A stretch of DNA of 59,619 bases, filler included, from Sphacelaria rigidula (lineage: Eukaryota): assembly GCA_964200075.2 (NCBI GenBank). It is 3 parts of 3 records of this genome, joined end to end, with 100 filler letters (N's around TTAATTAATTAA, not from the genome) between each part and the next. Parts side by side here need not be neighbours in the genome. Positions count along the whole stretch, not along the records: positions 39,820 to 59,619 come from CAXNAA020000612.1; 2 more parts are not named here. One strand, written 5' to 3'. Position numbers and translations under genes: made by a program. Below, in pieces: positions 51,701 to 59,619 of the stretch (its first letter is position 1; every line of letters begins with the position of its first letter). Under the pieces are notes generated by a model, which searched no databases, was not told the DNA's origin, and saw only the letters and a program-made list of their open reading frames with translations.

Positions 51701-54700
51701 TCGTTGCGCTCGTTGGATAGAGTGAGGACTCTCTTACGAGATCCCGCTGGGTCGGCTCGACAGGGAGCGGGGGTAGGAATGGCGTCGGACGACGCAGCCG
51801 CCGATGAACTTGACGCAGTTGCCGCCGGAGTCGACCCCGCCACGGCTCTCTTCGAAGGCACGCTTCGACGCTGGCTTGCTTGTCGGCGAGCAGGGGAGGA
51901 TGGAAGTGAAGGAATGCAAGAGTACGGGGGGGTATTTACTGGTGGTAACGTTGCGGGAGGAGGGGACGGGTCGAGGCACCCCGGGTTGCCGAGTACGATG
52001 GGCGGAGCAGGTGTGGATATAGAGTCGCACGGCGAGGGAATTGCGCTAGCGTTTTGGTGCGAGACCGCGGGGGACGCTCAGGCGCAAGTAAGATTATGTT
52101 TTTTTGTTGTCTTAGGCCGCTTCCTATGGAGTTTGAGAAATGAATCTATTACTATTATTATATTGTTTCCATATCATAAGCTCGATCTCTCGAACCCGTG
52201 GTCACAGAGTACAGAGAGCATACCACCCATACCCATAAAATCAAATTGCAAACGGAGGAAGACGAGAAACGAAACACCTACACGAAAAAAAAAGCACCTG
52301 ATTGATTGATTGATCGATTGATTGTCGCACTTCAAGCACCTACACTATGAAAGATCCGTAAAAGACCAAGTGAACCGCAGGAGATCTAGTGGGAGCTAAA
52401 AGTCCCAACGTGCGGCCTCTTCGACGACCTTGCCACGTACTCGTGTCTACACAGTGTAGTAACAGCGAGTAAGCCGGTGATTGAAATGTCACACAGAACA
52501 GGAACCAATCCCAAATGGGTCTACTGTCTAAAGTGCTGTTCAAAGAGACCCTGTACAGAGCCTGCGCACGGGAGACTGATAAACGGGAGATGTGAAAATA
52601 AAATTACAAGAATACAAAAAGAACAACAAAAGGACAAGTCGATGGCAACGGGAGGGAAACGAGGAAATATTTTCTCCCGTGGGTTCTGGTCAAGTAGCAT
52701 CCTCGTAGAAACACAACAGACAGGGCGTGCCTACCCTACACATGACGTAGCACCATCAGCAGAAAACATAATCTGTTCTGAGTGCCCTGTATTCAACCAT
52801 AAGAACATGGCATATCATCTGTATGTGGTGACCACAACAAACAACCATCTCGAAATCCGCGAGAAAAATATTATCCTGCCCCTTGAAGAAATTCGCCGCC
52901 CTGCTCTGCTCTTCGCTGCAGGGTCCTCCTTGGCTGCGAGGTTGACCTCCTGACACCACCATCCGTACTCACCAGCGTTCATGGCCAACGCACCCGCCCA
53001 TTCTTGCCAGTGTCCATGATTCCACATGCTTCGTCGTTGTTCATAGTCAGTATGCCCTCTGTTGCCTTTCGTGTAAGCGCTTCCTTCTTCGTGATGCACT
53101 CCGGTTCTGGTCCTGAAGTGTCGCGTCCAGGAAGCTCAGCCAGATCTAACCTGTCCGTCGACGACCGGTCCTCCTCCATCCTTGTCACCGGAACCAGTCT
53201 ACACACCGACACACGCTCATTTTTGTCGAAGGTGTGCGTGCCAGCTTTCGACAGCAGTGCCATCTTCCTCCGCACGCACAACGAAACCCAACATGCCCGC
53301 ACTCATGGTGTTGACACATGAAGACTGCAGTAACACAGGACATACCCGCACTCAGGGCGTTGACATTTAGTGCTGTATTAACACAGGGGTGGGTGTGCTT
53401 GATCGACACTGCGCTGACCGAACTGTGCGACCATACCACGACCTTGAGATTTTTTTTCCCGTTTCTCATGTGGAACCCCCCCGATGAGGGTTTCCGTCCA
53501 GGCTTTGTAGGGATGCGAGGTCAATTGTCTCATGACTATGGCATGCATGATCATGAGTACACCCGATGAGGGGTGTCGTTATGTCATGCAGTGCTTGTCT
53601 TGATGCACGTGGTATGCTTGTACGTATGGCGATCCCTCGAGAGGTTAAAAGATGGAACCTTGCGATCCTCAGTTATTTGGTTGGTAGTATTTGGGGCCTT
53701 GAGTCTCGCCCGTAGTCGGACCCCATGTTCATTTCTACTTGGCCTCGCGCGTCGAGTTGGGAAGTCCGAATGGCCACCTGCGGCACCGGATCTTCTGAGG
53801 TTAGCCATATGTATTATCTATCTTCTTTATATTTTTTCCCTGTTTCGCTTGTATCGCGTTTTGTGAGTTTTAATCTAGGTCTATTTTGTTTCTTTAGTTT
53901 TGTTTGATTTCCCTATACCTGATTACAGGTAGCTAGCTTGTGACCACGGAAGGCGTCCGCATCAGATGCCCAGTGCGAATGTACCGCGCAGATATCGGAA
54001 CGGTTTTTAATGTGAAGACAAGTCCCACAAGAAATAGTGTTGAACCATTTGATTGCGATCGGTAGCCCACTTGTGAACCGGCATCATTTTAGTTTTTTTT
54101 CGAAATGAACGTGACATTGATTCACAAATACACCACCGCCCGCAGTCAAAGGGTTAGGACATATGTCCGACAACGACCAGATACGTTTTTTTTTTATCTG
54201 TTTTTTTTTCGAAGCACAAGAAACGTGCTCAGCAGACAGACGACGTCACCTTACAATTTCGCCTTGTTTTTTTTCATGGAGCAGCTCATGAATTCGTTTT
54301 CATTTGTATAGAGTTGTTGTAAATTGCTTCTTCGTCATCGAGTTGTCGTCTTTGCTTCAAGTCGTGCGAGACTTTTAATTATCCTCCGGTGGGAAATATT
54401 TTCATTTCGAGGATATCTCAACATGAGAGGAGTGTCCGACGGAACAGAGGTTTCGGGCTGTCACACAATCCTCCCTCTCGATGTGTCCTTGCCACTTTTG
54501 CTCGCTGAAACCCGTCCTGATTTGTGCAAATTCCAGGAAATCCCGTTCTTGCGCTTTCTGCTCAACGAATCACACGCGGATTTGGAGCCGAGCGGCGGCG
54601 AAGAAGCCAAATTTGATGAGCACTTTTCAAAGTCTACTTCGTCGGCATCGACATTCCTTTGCCTTCACCTGACCAGCGATGACGCGTCTCCGCTGTTCGA

Positions 54701-56114
54701 AGTGGCGTGCCGAGCGCTCTTCCGCCTACGACCGCTGCACCTCCCGCGGTTCGTGGAGCAGCTGGCACGATTCCGAACTTATGCCGACAAGTTGAAGGAA
54801 GACATCACTTTGGCCGCTGCCGCCGCCCCCGCCGCCGCCAGCGATGGCGGCGGCAGTCTCCCACGACACGATGATGCGTCAGTGGTCGATGAACTTGGGG
54901 CTCCGTCTGTTACTGCATCGGACCTCGAGGCGGTAGAAGTGGTGGACAACAGTAATAGCCTCAAACGCGGTCGGAGTTCGAGGGGCAGCGAAAGCCCTGT
55001 GACGAGTCGGAGAGACACGTCTCCCGCCGCTTCCGTCGACGGCCGGCACTTCCACTCTTCCTACTCTCTGCAGTCGTTGAGCCCTGCGCCCCGCCGCACA
55101 CGGGCGTACACAGGCGACGGAGGCTTCAGTCAGGACGACCTGTCCGCTACCGCAGACACCAACCCCTTCGAACGCCCAAGCCGACACGGTAAACGGAGAG
55201 GAGAGCCCAGCGGCCGCGAGCGCTCCCCCATACCAAGTGCTGTCAGCGGCGCGTCAGGCAATCACCTGTCCGCTGATAATGCCGCTGTCGCTGAAGCCAC
55301 CGATAGCACGGCGCCGCCTGCGCCATCTGTTCACAATAATCCAACGGAGGCGGCGGCGTCGCTCAAGTCGACCGCACAAGCATATTTCACACGCGCACTT
55401 GCGTGTCTGCCGCCCACTGCCCACGATCGTGGGAACGAGGAACAGCGCCACGCTCGTCTCTCCCTCCTGATGGGCGCGCGGATGTTCACGGAGGCGTGCC
55501 GGTTACTGCGCGCTCGCGCCTGGGAGGGTGTCAGCGGCAGTGATGGCAGAAGGGGGAGTTGGAGACAGGACCGGGGCGCCCTTGGAGCGTGGGCGGCGGC
55601 CATGAGACTTTTAGGAGAGCTCAAGCGGGAAGCAACAGAGGAACAGGCTGAGTCGCGGCGGAGAGGTTCCTCGCTCGTGGGTCCCGCCGCCGCTGCCGTG
55701 ACGGCATCACCATCGGTTGGGGCCGGCGGCATCACGCTTGTTCACGGCAGCGCCGGGCTGCAGTATCGCTTGATGTTTGAAGATGCGCTGGCGGAGACCA
55801 TTCTCAAGGACGCCCCAGACCGCATGGAGGCAGTGATGAACTTCCGACCGGTGGGTCTGGCTCCCGTTACCGTAGTGCGGATCATTCGTCGGGCGTTGGC
55901 GGCGGCGGCAAAGTCCCACGAGATCTGTGCTACTGCTTCAGGGGAAGGAAACGTGGGAGGTGATAGCGCCGGTATGGCGAGGTCGGGACTGCTTGGAGGG
56001 CTTGCGCAACCAGACGCCGAGCAGCTGGATGGGTCGACAGCACGAACGCTGAAGGAGTGTTTGTCGTTGCTCGTTGACCAGCATGGCACAATTGAAGGGG
56101 TGAAGGCGTTTTGA
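48720..56114 (+). CDS. HPS6: HPS6-like BLOC-2 complex subunit
   Basis: Exons 48720-49232, about 49365/49388-50891, 51252-52087, 54537-56114. Motifs resembling animal HPS6 as recalled: DGLLRLWKWQ..GWRWIFLNKCNIC..RIFWEQE (propeller part), PLFEVACRALFRLRPLHLPRFVE and YFTRALACL..RLSLLM (C-terminal helical part). Confidence 0.7.
52330..54090. mobile_element. Decayed repeat/TE fragments in the last HPS6-like intron
   Basis: GGCTTTGTAGGGATGCGAGGTCAA...GGCATGCATGATCATGAGTACACCC (about 53501-53564) is shared with about 44255-44318; non-coding mosaic preceded by (GATT)n. Confidence 0.55.
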
Positions 56115-57374
56115 CGGGTGTCACGGGTGGCTGTCCTATGGTATATTTTGCTTCCCTTTTCTTCAAAGGAAGGGCGTAGTCGTTCTACAGTTTTGTGATG
56201 CGCGTATTTGTCCCTCTATCTGAGCTGGTCGTGTTTGTATCTGATGGACCGCTCGGGTTTTGTGGCACCGATATCTAGGCAGGCGCAGAACAGTGCCTCT
56301 GAGGGAGTTCAAGTATTGAAATATCTTGCGGTATCTAGTAGAATACACGGTTTCAATGCACGAGCCGCTCGCAGATGGGGATCCATATTCGCGACTAGAA
56401 ACGCGAAGTGGGTGCATCCCATGATACCAGTTGTGGGGTGATTCGCTCCTGCGGGGATGGGTGATGGTACGACATCCGGAGAGTTGCGAATTTGGGGTTT
56501 CACCGTGTAGGTACTTGCTACTGTATCGCGAGAGAGAACTGGAGCTCGCCAATGTTGTCCTAGCCACCATCGCTTGACGCAGGTCCCCGGCCAGAGCCAA
56601 TCGGCTGTCTGAAATACTCTAGCAAAATAAGAAGCGCAGCGTTCTAGTTTTTTCTCCGTTCGTTTCTTTCCCCTCCTGCTTGGTTTGGCTCTGGCTTTTC
56701 GGTGTCGGTTTGTTCTGGTTCTTGTTTTGTGTCTCAATTTACTCCCTATGTGCGTCCTACCTCCTTGTGTTTTTTTTGTCTTCAGCGAGCGTATCCGCTC
56801 TGTTTTACCTTGGGTTCATCGATCTTGTGGATAATGACAATGGCTGTGGTTGATAAACATGGTTGGGTCCCTCGGCGATCACTTCATGTGCGACAATTCA
56901 TCAATCTAACAAATCAATTCGCAGGCATTGACCACACTGGGACATTCATCACACGTCGAGCTCCTCGCTGGCGCATCAACAAACGCAGGGATACCGCAAC
57001 GTCACCGTAGCACGGGCGACATCTCGAACGATCGAGAAAGGCGAGAGGGTCGGAGACCAGACCAACGAATTGCTGACATGTAGCGGGTGCTGTGTAGTGC
57101 TGCAAAATGTCACGTTGTCCAATGTACGCACTCTTGACAATTGTTAACCTTCTTGCTTCACCATTTTCCCGGTATTGCCAGCTTCTTGCTGGGTCTCGCC
57201 GACGCGACGCTCTGTAACGAGTACATGTCGACGTGGGTGCTGAGGAATTCTTCGACGAAGGTGCTCCGAGAACCCTCCAAAGAGGAGTCAATCCGGAACA
57301 CTCGAAAGATAGCGTGCTTCTAAAACTTTTCGAACAAAACAAACCGAAGATACATACACTGCTCTGAAATGCAA

Positions 57375-57401
<27 letters not shown>
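57375..57401. repeat. (AT)n microsatellite
   Basis: About 13 AT units just past the DUF1995-like stop codon. Confidence 0.95.
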
Positions 57402-57406
<5 letters not shown>

Positions 57407-57421
57407 CAAAAAATGAATAGA

Positions 57422-59217
57422 TCAAAACATATTTCCGAAAACACCCGTGGCCTTGTCGCCTTGCTCAACGGCCTCCTTGATAGCAGCCTCCGTTGGCCGT
57501 TTGCCCATAGATTGCAGAACCTACCGACGCACACACGCAGACACACGAAACAACAGCTTGTGGTTCGATTCATATGGGGGCATGGGCCGTGCGGAGGAAG
57601 TAATCTCTGCAAAGCGCTCCCTAGGGCGAACGCTTGTGGTTCACGTGATGTAGCAGCTAAGTAAGAGTGATAACAGCTAGACATAATCGGGAAGCAGACT
57701 GTGCCTCAAGTGCTTCAACGACCCCGTCGAGCTCGACACCGTCTTCAAGACCTTTGACAAAGAGTGCACGGTTCGAACGAACAATCGCCGGTTCGAATCA
57801 CCAAATCCACATTTTTTTCAGGCCTGATTGCTCGAAATGAAGAAAAAAAAACTCGATCGCGGGTCAAAAAGGTCTCCACGCAATTTTTGCGCCATTCCAC
57901 GTGCCTGGGCTTCGCGTACCTGGGTTGCAAAGCAGGAAACAAGGCCTAGGGATTTGTTTATACGGTACGAATCAATCACACTAATACCAAGTTATTTTCA
58001 CCCGAATCTTTACTTTGTCCGACCGTTGAATGAATGGTGTTACGGAGTCATGCTACGATAGGGGGGGGGGTATTTTGGGCCGTTTTCTACCACGAAATTC
58101 TACTTGCAATCGTCGTTGATAGCAGCAACGGTAGTTCGAACGCGCTTGCTTCCGGTTTGTCACCCTCATTCATACTGTTTGACATCGCTTTTACCCAAAT
58201 ACAAGCGCACCGCGAGTGTCTTGGGTCGTCTGACGCACCTATGAGCCCACTTTTACATGGAATCGGATACCTCCCGCCCCCTATCGAAGCATGACTATGG
58301 TGGGGGTCTAAACATATTTTCCGAGATTCAAATTGTTGGGAGCCCTCCATCTTATCCAAAAAACGACTTGCGAAATATGTAACAGCACGCCACGATCAGC
58401 TTTCCAATGCATCAGGGAATATACCGAATGGGTTCTCAAACGGCAATATCCCGACCCATATTCTTGTGTAGCTCCTGACTTTAGGAGCCCCTGAATGAGA
58501 AATATGTGGGCCCAAATATGCATCCCCCTACCGTGGAATGATTGACTCTTGAATGTGTACAAACGCTGTGTATGAGGGTGCTTACGGGTCATCTCGGTCA
58601 CCTGATCTTGTAACAGACGATATCTCGGGAGTGGTCAGTTGGTGTACTGTATGCAATCGCCATTCCGTGAAAAGAAGTGACGACCAATGTCTTTGCCAGA
58701 TGGACACATGAGCATGCGGGCACCTTTTCACCAACTCCAGTGACTGATGCGCATCACCTTTCCCAACACAACAAACTTACTACACTCTCGATCCGCTGAG
58801 ACTACGGACTGGTCCCTAGGAAAAAGGGGCGCGGGGGCGGGGGAAGCAGCTGAAGGCAAGACGATCAAAGAGCAAATCATGCACGTACGCACGGTGAGAG
58901 GGGACAAAAAAACACCCAGGGAGTGACTGAATAGCGCGAAGGATGCCAACTCGCTCAGCGAAGGCGAGGTTCGAGCAGACTGTGGCGACTACCGTAGAAT
59001 AGGAATGAAACTCCGACACAGGTGTCTGCAGAGGATTCATCCCCCTTGTTCACCATAATATAGACATGATATGGATGATGACATTATGCAGGCGTCTTAC
59101 CTTGGGAGGTCCGATCTTGGGTTTCCTTGCGACCGTCCAGTCCTTGGGGAAGGTACGGAACACGAAGTCGTCGCTCTCGTTCCCGACAGGTCGGAGGTGG
59201 AACATGGATTCAAATGT
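57422..59217 (-). CDS. 3' end of a DUF1995-like protein gene (5' part beyond the window)
   Basis: Phase-0 exons 59217-59101 (TFESMFHLRPVGNESDDFVFRTFPKDWTVARKPKIGPPK|GTAAGA) and 57520-57422 (VLQSMGKRPTEAAIKEAVEQGDKATGVFGNMF-stop); fits the F..Y/F.L.P...R.Y/FP..W.V...RP pattern of DUF1995 C-termini. Confidence 0.7.
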
Positions 59218-59619
59218 CTGGTAAGCAGCATTGGTAGAAGTGGCAAGAAGAGCAACATCATCAACAAATCGTTACCTTACCTTGACGCTCACAAGTCATT
59301 TGCAGCTCCGCTTGCGTGTGCGTTTGCGGGTCTTTCATTTTTGCACGTAACAATTGGCAAACTATGTAGGACTTTGGCCGCTGGGCCATATCACAAGTTC
59401 AATGAAGAAGCTGCACCCCAACGAACCACCCGAGGCTACGTGGAAAAAAGCAACTGCTGAGCGCACCGATCGACTGCCACACAAAGGGCTCGCTTATCTC
59501 AAGAGCCAGTGATGCAAGAATGCAGGAGAGATAGACAGGCAGAAAAGGATAGAGGGAGGGGGGCGTACTCATTTGTTGCTTGCCTTAGTCGTTTGACCGT
59601 TGACCACGCATCCCTTTCG

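Noticed and set aside
57422-57520. Calmodulin/EF-hand fragment (VLQSMGKRPTEAAIKE)
   Set aside because: Splices in phase to the DUF1995-like exon and ends in a stop; no canonical EF loop.

Overview
Eukaryotic, intron-rich genomic DNA, most consistent with a brown alga or related stramenopile (inferred from GC-rich short exons, GT-AG introns and repeat types). It is not prokaryotic: no operons, CRISPR arrays, rRNA or intact tRNA. The window is three contigs joined by 100-bp spacers (N-TTAATTAATTAA-N at 19811-19910 and 39720-39819), plus a 10-N gap. Recognisable genes are a CstF-64/CSTF2-like gene (+, 25832-28637, first RRM exon not found), an HPS6-like BLOC-2 subunit gene (+, 48720-56114), a divergent 3-exon single-pass membrane protein gene of unknown function (-, 45165-47994), and the last two exons of a DUF1995-like gene (-, 57422-59217). 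The rest is decayed multi-exon genes, MITEs (Tc1/mariner-, Harbinger- and hAT-type), a tRNA-derived SINE and tandem repeats. The most striking signal is an unusual density of long foldbacks: four within 6.4-16.6 kb, two of them built from exon-like coding sequence. There is also a G-U-rich pre-miRNA-like hairpin at 42701-43057. These are candidate hairpin/small-RNA loci; none can be confirmed without small-RNA data. All gene identities come from motif recognition by eye, not database searches.
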